The position numbers and the translations under genes are program-made. Source: Candidatus Eiseniibacteriota bacterium (GTDB lineage: Bacteria; Eisenbacteria; RBG-16-71-46; CAVPCR01). From it: a DNA stretch of 64,000 nucleotides. Location: the NCBI GenBank assembly GCA_963702435.1, contig CAVPCR010000005.1, forward strand, positions 474,688 to 538,687. Direction: 5' to 3'. Positions 37,571 through 46,627 of this stretch are shown in pieces. Every line of letters begins with the position of its first letter. Position 1 is the stretch's first letter. The notes below the pieces were generated by a model. It did no database searches and had not been told where the DNA came from. It saw only the letters and a program-made list of their open reading frames with translations.

Positions 37571-38293
37571 ATGCGCCTCGTCGAGCTCAAGGATGTGACC
37601 AAGGTCTATCACCGGGACGACTTCGAAATCCCGGTCCTCAAGGGCATCAACCTCGATGTCGAGAAGGGCGACTTCTTCGCCCTCATGGGTCCTTCCGGCT
37701 CCGGGAAGACGACCATCCTGAACCTGGTCGGCGGCATCGATGTCGCGAGCTCGGGGCAGGTGATCGTGAACGGGAAGGACCTCGGCACCCTCAACCGGAA
37801 GCAGCTCGCCGAGTACCGCGCCCACAACGTGGGTTTCATCTTCCAGCTCTACAACCTGATCCCGGTCCTGACCGCGTTCCAGAACGTCGAGCTGCCGCTC
37901 CTCCTGCACAAGATGTCGGCGAAGGAGCGGAAGGAACGGGCGCTGACCGCGCTCTCGATCGTCGGCCTCGCGGACCGTGCCGATCACTACCCCCGGCAGC
38001 TCTCCGGCGGGCAGGAGCAGCGAGTCGCCATTGCGCGGGCGGTCGTCGCCGATCCCACCGTGCTCCTCGCGGATGAGCCGACCGGGGATCTCGACTCGCA
38101 GTCGGCGCGCGAGATCCTCGATCTCCTCGATCAGCTCAACCAGCAGTTCGAGAAGACCATCATCATGGTCACGCACGACCCGCATGCCGCCGAGCGCGCC
38201 CACCACATGATCCACCTCGACAAGGGCGTCCTCTCGCGCATCGAGACCTCGCCCCGCCAGCGCGAGCGCGCCGCCGCCAGGGCCGAGGCATGA
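37571..38293 (+). CDS. ABC transporter ATP-binding protein (MacB/LolD-type)
   Basis: Walker [11 protein letters not shown]-loop, signature [14 protein letters not shown], Walker [12 protein letters not shown] and H-loop MVTHD. ATG 37571 with an AAGGAGAAG SD. Confidence 0.9.
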   Translation: MRLVELKDVTKVYHRDDFEIPVLKGINLDVEKGDFFALMGPSGSGKTTILNLVGGIDVASSGQVIVNGKDLGTLNRKQLAEYRAHNVGFIFQLYNLIPVLTAFQNVELPLLLHKMSAKERKERALTALSIVGLADRADHYPRQLSGGQEQRVAIARAVVADPTVLLADEPTGDLDSQSAREILDLLDQLNQQFEKTIIMVTHDPHAAERAHHMIHLDKGVLSRIETSPRQRERAAARAEA

Positions 38294-39435
38294 AGCTCCT
38301 CGGCCTCGCGCGCATGAACATGCTCCGGAGCAAGCGCCGGACCATCCTCACCATCCTTAGCGTGATGGTGGCGCTCTTTCTCTACTCGACGCTGCGCACC
38401 GTGATCACCTCGTTCCAGGCCGGGGTCGACTTTGCCGACGTGAACCGGCTCGTGGTGCGGAACGCGACGAGCCTCATCTTCACGGTCCCGCTCGCCTACC
38501 GGGAGCGCATCGCAGGAGTGGACGGCATCTCGGCCGTCACCCACGCCAACTGGTTCGGCGGCACCTACATCGACGAGCGCAACTTCTTCGCCCAGTTCGC
38601 GGTCGACCGCGACACCTACTTCGAGCTCTACCCCGAGCTCGTGATCCCGCCCGATCAGCTCGCCGAGTGGAAGCGCGAGCGCACCGCCGCCATCGCCGGC
38701 GAGGGCCTCGCCAACGAGTTCGGCTGGAAGATCGGCGATCGGATCACGCTCAAGGGCACCATCTACCCGGGCGACTGGGAGCTCACGATCCGCGGCATCT
38801 ACAAGGGCGCCAACGACACGGTCGACAAGCGCCAGCTCTTCTTCCACTGGGACTACCTCGACGAGCGGAACTTCATGGGCCGCGGCAACGTCGGCGTCTA
38901 CATCGTCCAGGTGCGCGACGCGAGCCTGGTGCCGGCGGTGAGCCAGAAGATCGACGCCCTCTTCGCCAACTCCTCGACCGAGACCCGCACCGAGACAGAA
39001 GAGGCGTTCCAGATGGGCTTCATCTCGATGCTCGGGAACATCCAGTTCGCGGTGAACCTGATCGGCTTCGCGGTCATCGTCGCCATCATCCTGGTCGCCA
39101 TGAACACGATGATGATGGCCGCCCGCGAGCGCACGGCGGAGATCGGCGTGCTCAAGATCCTCGGCTTCGAGGACAGCGCCGTCGTGGCCATGCTGGTGGC
39201 GGAGGCGATGCTCATCGCGCTCATCGGCGGCGGGCTCGGCATCCTGATCGCGCGCGTGCTCTTCGATCGCATCGGCTTCACGGGCGGCGGCTTCTTTCCG
39301 AGCTTCATCGTCCAGGAGTCGACCATGCTCGAGGGGCTCGTGATCTCGCTCCTCCTCGGCGCGCTCGCCGCCCTGTGGCCGGCCATTCGTGCGGCGCGGC
39401 TCCGCGAGGTCGAAGCGCTCAGGAACCTGTCGTAG
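38290..39435 (+). CDS. ABC transporter permease, FtsX/MacB-like (1)
   Basis: ATGA overlap with the ATPase gene. An N-terminal TM is followed by a large periplasmic domain and a C-terminal FtsX 3-TM bundle (ERTAEIGVLKILGF). Confidence 0.85.
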   Translation: MKLLGLARMNMLRSKRRTILTILSVMVALFLYSTLRTVITSFQAGVDFADVNRLVVRNATSLIFTVPLAYRERIAGVDGISAVTHANWFGGTYIDERNFFAQFAVDRDTYFELYPELVIPPDQLAEWKRERTAAIAGEGLANEFGWKIGDRITLKGTIYPGDWELTIRGIYKGANDTVDKRQLFFHWDYLDERNFMGRGNVGVYIVQVRDASLVPAVSQKIDALFANSSTETRTETEEAFQMGFISMLGNIQFAVNLIGFAVIVAIILVAMNTMMMAARERTAEIGVLKILGFEDSAVVAMLVAEAMLIALIGGGLGILIARVLFDRIGFTGGGFFPSFIVQESTMLEGLVISLLLGALAALWPAIRAARLREVEALRNLS

Positions 39436-39462
39436 GGCGCCCGGGGCGCTGAGGAGAACGTC

Positions 39463-40635
39463 ATGCAGGCCATGCCGATCGTCTACAACATCCGCAACCT
39501 CGCCGTGCGCAAGGCGTCCACGTTGTTCACCGCGTTCGGGATCGCGCTGGTCGTGTTCATCTTCACCTCGATGCTGGCCTTCGAGCAGGGGCTCCGTGGC
39601 GCGCTGGTCAAGACCGGCCATCCCGAGAACGTGATCGTTCTCCGCGGCGGCGCGACCGGTGAGATCTCGAGCTACGTCCCGCGCGAGGATGCCGCCCTGA
39701 TCCGCGGCCTCCCCGAGGTGGCGCGCGATGCGGGCGGGCAGCCGCTCCTCACGGCCGACCTCCTCGTCGTCGTCAATCATCCGAAGCGCGGCGACGGCGC
39801 GCCGACCAACGTCTCGGTGCGCGGCATCTCGCCGCAAGCCTTCGCCCTCCGCCCGGAGGTCGAGGTCGTGGAGGGGCGCGCCTTCCGCCCTGGCGTGGCC
39901 GAGGTGATGGTCGGCAAGAGCCTCTCGCGCCGCATCCGGGACACCGGCCTCGGGGATCGCATCCGCTTCGGCGGTCAGGAGTGGCAGGTGGTCGGCATCT
40001 TCGCCGCGGACGGCTCGGCGTACGAATCCGAGATCTGGGGCGATGTCGAGCTCTTCCTCCCCGCCTTCGACCGCCCCGGCTATCAGTCCGCCACCTTCCG
40101 CCTCGCCGACCCGGGGCGCTTCGACGAGTTGAAGCGCCGGATCGAGGAGGAGCCGCAGCTCGAGGTGCAGGTGAAGCGCGAGAGCGAGTTCTACGCCGGG
40201 CAGTCGAAGGGCCTCGTCGCGTTGTTGCGAACGCTCGCGGTCTTCATCGGGATCATCATGTCGATCGGAGCGGTCTTCGGCGCCGTGAACACGATGTACG
40301 CGGCGGTCGCGGCGCGCACCCGCGAGATCGGCACGCTCATCGCGCTCGGCTTCACGCCGGGGGCCGTGCTTCGCTCCTTCGTGCTCGAGTCGATGATGAT
40401 CGCCGCGCTCGGTGGCGTGATCGGCTCGCTCCTCGCCTTCCTCGTCACCAACGGCCGCTCGACCGGCACGACGAACTGGGACAACTTCTCCGAGATCACC
40501 TTCCGCCTCGCCGTGACGCCGGGAGTGGTCGGCGCCGGGATCCTGTTCGCGCTCCTCATGGGGCTCGTCGGCGGCTACCTGCCGGCCCGCCGGGCAGCAC
40601 GGCTCCCGGTGGCGGAGGCTGTCCGCGCCGTGTGA
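39463..40635 (+). CDS. ABC transporter permease, FtsX/MacB-like (2)
   Basis: Same architecture as the previous permease, with ARTREIGTLIALGF in the FtsX domain. Confidence 0.85.
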   Translation: MQAMPIVYNIRNLAVRKASTLFTAFGIALVVFIFTSMLAFEQGLRGALVKTGHPENVIVLRGGATGEISSYVPREDAALIRGLPEVARDAGGQPLLTADLLVVVNHPKRGDGAPTNVSVRGISPQAFALRPEVEVVEGRAFRPGVAEVMVGKSLSRRIRDTGLGDRIRFGGQEWQVVGIFAADGSAYESEIWGDVELFLPAFDRPGYQSATFRLADPGRFDELKRRIEEEPQLEVQVKRESEFYAGQSKGLVALLRTLAVFIGIIMSIGAVFGAVNTMYAAVAARTREIGTLIALGFTPGAVLRSFVLESMMIAALGGVIGSLLAFLVTNGRSTGTTNWDNFSEITFRLAVTPGVVGAGILFALLMGLVGGYLPARRAARLPVAEAVRAV

Positions 40636-40693
40636 CGAGACGGGATCGGTGTGGTGGCCCCCTTGCCGGGCTCGCAGCGACCTGGTCAGCCCC

Positions 40694-41321
40694 GCGTCAA
40701 ACGCTGTCGGGTCTTGTGAACTCTCCCTTGGCCGACCCCGCCTGATCGCCCGCGACCTCAGCTGCCCCGCCTTTGGCCGCGGCGCCCGCGCGCGTCAACC
40801 GCTGTCGGGTCTTGTGAACTCTCCTTGGCCGACCCCGCCTGATCGCCCGCGACCTCCGCTGCCCCACCTTGGCCGCGGCGCCCGCGCGCGTCAAACGCTG
40901 TCGGGTCTTGTGAACTCTCCCTTGGCCGACCCCGCCTGATCGCCCGCGACTTCCGCCGCCCCACCTTTGGCCGCGGCGCCCGCGCGCGTCAACCGCTGTC
41001 GGGTCTTGTGAACTCTCCCTTGGCCGACCCCGCCTGATCGCCCGCGACCTCCGCTGCCCCACCTTGGCCGCGGCGCCCGCGCGCGTCAAACGCTGTCGGG
41101 TCTTGTGAACTCTCCTTGGCCGACCCCGCCTGATCGCCCGTGACCCCCGCTGCCCCACCTTGGCCGCGGCGCCCGCGCGCGTCAAACGCTGTCGGGTCTT
41201 GTGAACTCTCCTTGGCCGACCCCGCCTGATCGCCCGCGACCTCAGCTGCCCCGCCTTTGGCCGCGGCGCCCGCGCGCGTCAACCGCTGTCGGGTCTTGTG
41301 AACTCTCCTTGGCGACCCACC
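40694..41321. repeat. Tandem repeat array: 6 full plus 1 partial copies of a 96-98-bp unit (minisatellite)
   Basis: The unit is gcgtcaaMcgctgtcgggtcttgtgaactctcc(c)ttggccgaccccgcctgatcgcccgcgacYYCMgcYgccccRcctt(t)ggccgcggcgcccgcgc. Units start at 40694, 40792, 40888, 40986, 41083, 41179 and 41276. Only about 7 positions vary. A degenerate partial copy precedes the array at ~40660. Confidence 0.9.
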
Positions 41322-41865
41322 TTCCAAGCACAAGACCACGCAAGCGGATCTCGTGATCCGAGCGTTGGCTGCGCTCACACCGATGAATTGCACAAAACGT
41401 GCCACTCCACCACGCGAGATGCGCGATGCCAAAGGCGAATCCGCGCCTGGGGTTCTCCCCTGGCGACCCCGCCACCGAGGTGCGCACGCCGTTGTCACTG
41501 TCGACAACCTCGTTACCAGAACGCCATCGTCGCCAACGCCCGGCGTCGCCGCATCGCTGCCAGCGCCACCACCGCCGCTCGCCCATGCTGCCCACCTACG
41601 AGGAACTCCGGGGCGGCCTCATGGGCGCGAAAGAGCCCGCCGAGCGCGCGCCCGAGCTCGCGCTTACCGCGCTTGGGCTCATCGAACCGCGCCCGCTCCG
41701 GCGCGGGGGAGCTCCCCCGCGAGATCGTGGAAGAGCGCCTCCAGATCGTCGTCGAGCAAGGGGAGAGAGCAAAACCAAGCCTGCGGCCTGCCGATCGCGA
41801 ACACTCCAATCCCGTGGACCCGCGAGAGTCCGAGGAGTAGGATCGATTCATCCGTGCGGTGACTG

Positions 41866-44352
41866 ATGGCGGTCCAGCTAGTCGCAAAGGAGCTGCCCGT
41901 GCCCTCGCCCTTTCGCATACTCGCTTGCGTTTGCCTCATCGTGCCCGCCGCGCACACGGCGTCCGCGATCCCACTCCTCACCGCGCCCTACCTATCGTTC
42001 GATACCGGCATCTTCCCGTCTTCCGTGGCGATCGGCGATCTCGACGGCGACGGGGAGCCGGACCTGGCAGTCGCCAACGAACAGGGGTACACGGTGTCGG
42101 TCCTGCTGGGCAGCGGCGGCGGCGCTTTCGAACCCAAGACCAGCTACGCGACGGCCGGACAGTCCTACTCGGTGGCGATGGGCGATGTGAATGGGGACAG
42201 CAAGCTCGACTTGGTGCTGGCATGTTGGTCCGCCGGCGCGGTATCGGTCCTGCTCGGAAACGGCGATGGAACGTTCGGACCGAGAGCCGACTTCCCCGCC
42301 GGAAACACCACGCTCTCGGTGGCGATCGGGGATCTGAACGGCGACGGCGAGCCCGATCTGGCCGCAGCGAACTACGGTTCGAACGACGTGTCCGTGCTCA
42401 TCGGAAATGGCGACGGCACGTTCGCTCCGAAGACGGACTACGTCGTGGGTCCGGGCGCCAACTTCGTGGTGATAGAAGACATGAACAGAGACGGCCGGCG
42501 GGATCTGGTCGTGTCGGTTTCGAGCTCCAACGCGATCGCGGTCCTGGCGGGAATTGGCAACGGGGCGTTTCTGCCGGCGACCTACACGGCAACCCCCGGC
42601 CCTGCTCAGTCGGTGGCGCTCGGTGACCTCGACGGGGATGGGAAAGTGGACCTCGTGGCGGCGATCAGTCCCAACGCGACGGTGGTGTTGATGGGCCACG
42701 GGGATGGGACGTTCGGAGCGCCGGGCACCTACCACGTGGGCGGCCGGTTCGCGGCGAGCGGAGACCTCAACGGCGACCGGAAGCCGGACATGGCGGCGGT
42801 GGCCGCCTCGTACAATGGCGGCGTATCGGTGCTCCTCGGGCATGGTGACGGCACGTTCGGGCCGCCGGCGACGTTCTCAACGGGAAGGCAGCCCATGTTC
42901 GTGACCGTCGGCGACCTCGACCGGGACGGGCAGCCGGAACTCGCCGTCGCAAACCGCCTGTCCAGTACGGTGACCGTACACCACGGGAATGGAGATGGGA
43001 CGTTTGGACTTGATCGCCAGTGCGAAACGGGATTGAGGCCGCGGTCGGTGGCAATCGGCGATCTGAATGGTGATGGTCTGCTGGATCTCGCCAGCGCGAA
43101 CGAGAACGCGAACACCGCGTCGGTGCTGCTGGCGACCAGCCCCGCGACATTCGGGCCGAAGGTCGATCTTGCGGCCGGACTCCGTCCCCACTTCGTGGCC
43201 CTCGAGGACTTGAACGCCGACGCCAAGCGGGACCTGCTCGTGGGCAACCTGAGCTCGAACACCGTGACCGTGAGGCTCGGCAACGGCGACGGATCATTTG
43301 GCACCGGACTCGATTTCGAAACCGGCGGCGCTCCCATCGCCAGCGCGATCGCCGACCTCAACGGCGACGGGAGGCCTGATCTCGCGGTGGCGGACACGCT
43401 GCGGGCGGTGTCGGTGCTGCTGGGGCGGGGGGATGGGACGTTTGCGCTGCGGACCGACTACGCGACCGGGGATTACTGCGCTTCGGTGGCCGTGGCGGAC
43501 CTCAACGGCGATGACAAGAACGACCTGGTCACCGCGAACGCGGGTAGCCCGCCAAGCTATGTCGGGTCGCTCTCGATCCTGCTCGGAAACGGCGATGGGA
43601 CCTTCGGCCCGAAGACGGATGTCTTTCCCGGAGCTGGGAGCCGGCCTCAATCCGTGGCGATCGGGGATCTTGACCGGGATGGGAAGCAGGATCTTGTCGT
43701 GGCGCTCGGCCGGCTGGCGGTGTTTCGCGGGAATGGCGACGGGACGTTCGGACCCAGGAGCGATGTGGGCCTGCTGCAGAGCGCCCGGTTCGTCGCGACG
43801 CTGGATCTGAACGGCGACGGAATGCTCGACCTCGCGGCGGCGACCGGCTTCTCGTCGATCGACGTCGTGGCGGTGCTGCTCGGCAGCGGGGACGGCACGT
43901 TCGGGACGCGAGTCGACTACGGCGCGGCACAGAATCCTGTGTCGCTGGCGAGCGGGGATCTCAATCGCGATGGCCGGCCCGACCTGGCGGTAGCAAACGC
44001 CAGCTCGAACACGATATCGCTGCTCCTGTCCGCTGCCCCTCCGGTGGTCGCCGTCCCGCCCGGAGCCGCGCCGCACCCGCTCGTGTCGGCTCGCGTCCAT
44101 CCAACACCCGCGCCCGGCGACCTCACCATCGAATTCGCGCTGCCACGTCCCGCCGAAGCGACGATCCGAGTCTACGACGCCACGGGCCGGCTTGTGCGGA
44201 CGCTCGGCGGTGGCGTGTTCGCTGCAGGCGAGCATGCCGTGCGCTGGGATCGGCGCGGCGTACACGGCGCGGCCGCGCCGCCGGGCGTCTACTTTGTCGA
44301 GCTCCGGGTGGGCCGCGAGCGGGTGTCGAAGCAGGCGGTGCTGGTTCGATAG
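41866..44352 (+). CDS. Secreted 14-repeat FG-GAP/VCBS beta-propeller protein with a FlgD/T9SS-type C-terminal sorting domain
   Basis: 828 aa. There are 14 repeats of ..(G/A)DLNGDG.PDL(A/V)VAN....VSVLLG.GDGTF. The C-terminus PGDLTIEFALPRPAEATIRVYDATGRLVRTL...HAVRWDRRG..GAAAPPGVYFVELRVG matches the Por_Secre_tail/FlgD-Ig pattern. Confidence 0.85.
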   Translation: MAVQLVAKELPVPSPFRILACVCLIVPAAHTASAIPLLTAPYLSFDTGIFPSSVAIGDLDGDGEPDLAVANEQGYTVSVLLGSGGGAFEPKTSYATAGQSYSVAMGDVNGDSKLDLVLACWSAGAVSVLLGNGDGTFGPRADFPAGNTTLSVAIGDLNGDGEPDLAAANYGSNDVSVLIGNGDGTFAPKTDYVVGPGANFVVIEDMNRDGRRDLVVSVSSSNAIAVLAGIGNGAFLPATYTATPGPAQSVALGDLDGDGKVDLVAAISPNATVVLMGHGDGTFGAPGTYHVGGRFAASGDLNGDRKPDMAAVAASYNGGVSVLLGHGDGTFGPPATFSTGRQPMFVTVGDLDRDGQPELAVANRLSSTVTVHHGNGDGTFGLDRQCETGLRPRSVAIGDLNGDGLLDLASANENANTASVLLATSPATFGPKVDLAAGLRPHFVALEDLNADAKRDLLVGNLSSNTVTVRLGNGDGSFGTGLDFETGGAPIASAIADLNGDGRPDLAVADTLRAVSVLLGRGDGTFALRTDYATGDYCASVAVADLNGDDKNDLVTANAGSPPSYVGSLSILLGNGDGTFGPKTDVFPGAGSRPQSVAIGDLDRDGKQDLVVALGRLAVFRGNGDGTFGPRSDVGLLQSARFVATLDLNGDGMLDLAAATGFSSIDVVAVLLGSGDGTFGTRVDYGAAQNPVSLASGDLNRDGRPDLAVANASSNTISLLLSAAPPVVAVPPGAAPHPLVSARVHPTPAPGDLTIEFALPRPAEATIRVYDATGRLVRTLGGGVFAAGEHAVRWDRRGVHGAAAPPGVYFVELRVGRERVSKQAVLVR

Positions 44353-44415
44353 CGGCACTGCCTGGCGACAATCGATCACGTCCGATCCAGAACGACCGGT
44401 GAACTTGTCCAGCAA

Positions 44416-44443
44416 GCGGCCCCGCTCGGCTGAGCGGGGCCGC
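44416..44443. terminator. Perfect 12-bp hairpin between convergent genes (bidirectional terminator candidate); member of a repeated hairpin sequence
   Basis: GCGGCCCCGCTC-ggct-GAGCGGGGCCGC. A near-identical 27-mer recurs at 49232-49258. Confidence 0.55.
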
Positions 44444-44503
44444 ACCGCGTGTGGGGGATGAGTCGCCGGAGCGTCGGCCGGCGGCCCCCCAGGTCACGCG
44501 AGC

Positions 44504-46549
44504 CTACTTGAGAATGATCATCCGGCGGGTTTCCGCCATCCCTCCCGCCTCCAGACGATAGGCGTAGATGCCGCTCGGCACCCGCTCTCCGTCCGCATCA
44601 CGGCCGTCCCACCGGACCTCGTGCCTCCCGCTCCCGACCATCTCATTGACGAGCGTCCGCACCGCGCGCCCGGTGACGTCGTAGATGGTGAGCCGAGCGC
44701 GCATCGGAGCCGCCAGCTCGAAGGCGATCTCGGTCGCCGGATTGAAGGGGTTCGGCTGGTTCTGCTCGAGCCGGAGCAACGTGGCGCCGCCGCCGGCCTG
44801 CGGAGTCGGGATCGGGTCCATGATCCCCGCCGTGGCGCGCCCGCACGCGCGCACGTTGTCGATCCAGAGCTCTTGCCCGCCGATCGCGAACTCCTCGATC
44901 GGGCCGACCGCGTAGAGCATGCCGCAGCTCTGCCCGCTCTCGTCGAAGTCGGCGACGATCACCCGCACCCCGCCCACGTTGGCGGTGTTGAGAGCGTTCA
45001 AGTTGTCGACGTTCCGGCAGTCCCCGTTGATCCTCAAGTTCACGTTGCCGCCGAGCTCCCCGTAGTTGAGGACGAGCCAGTCGACCGTGGCGCCGAAATC
45101 GATTCCCACGTTCACGTTGTTCAGTCTGAGCTCGTTGCCGTTGACGCAAGCGACGCCGCCGTTCTCGACCCGGGCTCCAGCGCCGATCACCGGATTCGCG
45201 CAGCCGGCCCCCTGCGGATAGAAGGGGCGGACCCGGTAGGTCGCGGCGCCGCTTGCGAACTGATCGCCGACGCGATAACCCGTCCCCGCCACCTGGTCCT
45301 CGAAGGCCGAACGCAGGAGCGAGGGGCAGTCCTGGCAGTAGCTCAGCGCATCGATGAAGAGACTCTGGCCGCCGATCGAGAGCTCGGTGATCTCGCCGAG
45401 GAGGCGGATGACACCGCAGCCGCCGGGGTCCCCCGAATCGAAGACGCTGATCGCGACTCCGCCCTGGAAGGTGCCATCGAGCGCGGGGAAGTCCTCGACG
45501 GTCTCGCAGTCGCCGTTCACCCCGAGCGACACGGTGCCCGTGTAGTCTCCGTAGTAGATGACGACGTCGTTCACCGTGCCTCCGAAGTCGAATCCGAGGC
45601 TCACGTCGTCGAGGAGGATCTCGTTCCCGGTCCGGCAGGCGTTCTGGAGGCCGGGAACAACCACGGCGGTGCCGCTCGAGAAGAGGCCGCTGCAGGGCCC
45701 GGGCGTGAAGAAGAAGGAGTCGACGTTGACGATCACACCCTCCGCCGCGAAGCTCGAGAACACGGGGTAGATGGCCCCCGGGGTCAGGGCTTCGAACGCC
45801 AGGCGATCGCACGGCTCCTCGTCGCAGATGGTCTCGTTGATCGTGAGATTGTCGATGGCCCCGGTGACCCGCGCCGGCGCCGGGGTGACCGGCGTCGTGA
45901 CCCGGATGCCTTCGACGAGGTCCGTCGATCCGAAGGAGTCATCCCAGGCCAGCTGACCGTCGAGGAGGATCACCCAGCGGTCGTTGACGAGGTCGATCTC
46001 GACCTGGAGGTGAACGACATCGCCCAGGGTGTAGGTGCCGATCACACCGGTGGCACCGTCGGCGAGCCAGACCCTGATCTCGCCGTTCGACTCAAAGTGG
46101 ATACTGCGCACGCCATTGGGCTCGGTGTCGATATCGAAGGTCAGGTCGGCATCCAGATTGTTCTGGGCCTGCGTCACGAGAACGTCCGACTGGAGGCAGT
46201 AGAAGCTCGACGCGGGGAGGTCGTCGAGCCGCAGATCGATCTGATCGCCCCGGCCGTCGAAGCTATCGAGCTTGAGCGGCTGATCGGTGAGCGCACCGAG
46301 GCTCGCGACCACGGTGGGCGTGCCGAACACAATCTCGGAGACCGTCTCCCTGGGGGCCGGGCCGGAGCCGGTGGCCGGCGGCTGCCCGACCGTGTGCGGG
46401 GGAGTCGAGAAGTCCACGTCGTAGAGAAGCGCGTTGGCATCGCGGGCGACGGCGAGCGTGACGCCAGCGACGCAAGCGAGAGTGAGAAGGCGGGTAGCCA
46501 TCCGGCGGGTCGTGATCGGGCATCGATCCAGATGCGGGACGGATCGCAT
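44504..46549 (-). CDS. Secreted protein of unknown function, paralog A: N-terminal jelly-roll-like domain, two internal ~165-aa Cys-bracketed repeats, and a T9SS/FlgD-type C-terminal domain
   Basis: ATG 46549 (MRSVPH) behind an AAGGAGGA SD, with signal ...LLTLACVAGVTLAVARDANA. The internal repeat is visible as ..NGNE(I/L).L(D/N).V..G.DFG.TV....(I/L).YG...G.V.L..NGDC..V......L.....GV...V.D.....CG......I.E..IGGQ.L.ID...C. The C-terminus is LEQNQPNPFNPATEIAFELAAPMRARLTIYDVTGRAV...WDGRDADGERVPSGIYAYRLEAGG...RRMIILK. Confidence 0.75.
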   Translation of the reverse strand: MRSVPHLDRCPITTRRMATRLLTLACVAGVTLAVARDANALLYDVDFSTPPHTVGQPPATGSGPAPRETVSEIVFGTPTVVASLGALTDQPLKLDSFDGRGDQIDLRLDDLPASSFYCLQSDVLVTQAQNNLDADLTFDIDTEPNGVRSIHFESNGEIRVWLADGATGVIGTYTLGDVVHLQVEIDLVNDRWVILLDGQLAWDDSFGSTDLVEGIRVTTPVTPAPARVTGAIDNLTINETICDEEPCDRLAFEALTPGAIYPVFSSFAAEGVIVNVDSFFFTPGPCSGLFSSGTAVVVPGLQNACRTGNEILLDDVSLGFDFGGTVNDVVIYYGDYTGTVSLGVNGDCETVEDFPALDGTFQGGVAISVFDSGDPGGCGVIRLLGEITELSIGGQSLFIDALSYCQDCPSLLRSAFEDQVAGTGYRVGDQFASGAATYRVRPFYPQGAGCANPVIGAGARVENGGVACVNGNELRLNNVNVGIDFGATVDWLVLNYGELGGNVNLRINGDCRNVDNLNALNTANVGGVRVIVADFDESGQSCGMLYAVGPIEEFAIGGQELWIDNVRACGRATAGIMDPIPTPQAGGGATLLRLEQNQPNPFNPATEIAFELAAPMRARLTIYDVTGRAVRTLVNEMVGSGRHEVRWDGRDADGERVPSGIYAYRLEAGGMAETRRMIILK

Positions 46550-46627
46550 TGCAGGAATCCTCCTTGTGTACTTGGGCATCGGCGTGGCGGATGGACGGAC
46601 GATGGCTGTCGAGGAGCCCTCGCACAG

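Noticed and set aside
40694-41321. Possible CRISPR array
   Set aside because: The whole 96-98-bp unit repeats with more than 92% identity. There are no unique spacers between short repeats, and no cas genes are nearby.
40694-41321. Integron attC sites or a MITE array
   Set aside because: There is no RYYYAAC/GTTRRRY core pair, no cassette ORFs between units, no integrase, and no terminal inverted repeats or target-site duplications.
40697-41507. Minus-strand ORFs of 162 and 172 aa running through the tandem repeats, as possible repeat proteins
   Set aside because: The unit length is not a multiple of three and varies (96-98), so the frame drifts between copies. The products are RGRPRRVHKTRQRLTRAGAAAK-type basic low-complexity sequence with no start context.
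41322-41865. Small ORFs (about 100-180 aa, both strands) in the 540-bp gap after the repeat array, considered as possible toxin-antitoxin or transposase remnants
   Set aside because: There are no recognisable motifs, the frames overlap each other, there is no SD-supported start, and the composition is typical of non-coding GC-rich DNA. I could not support any call.
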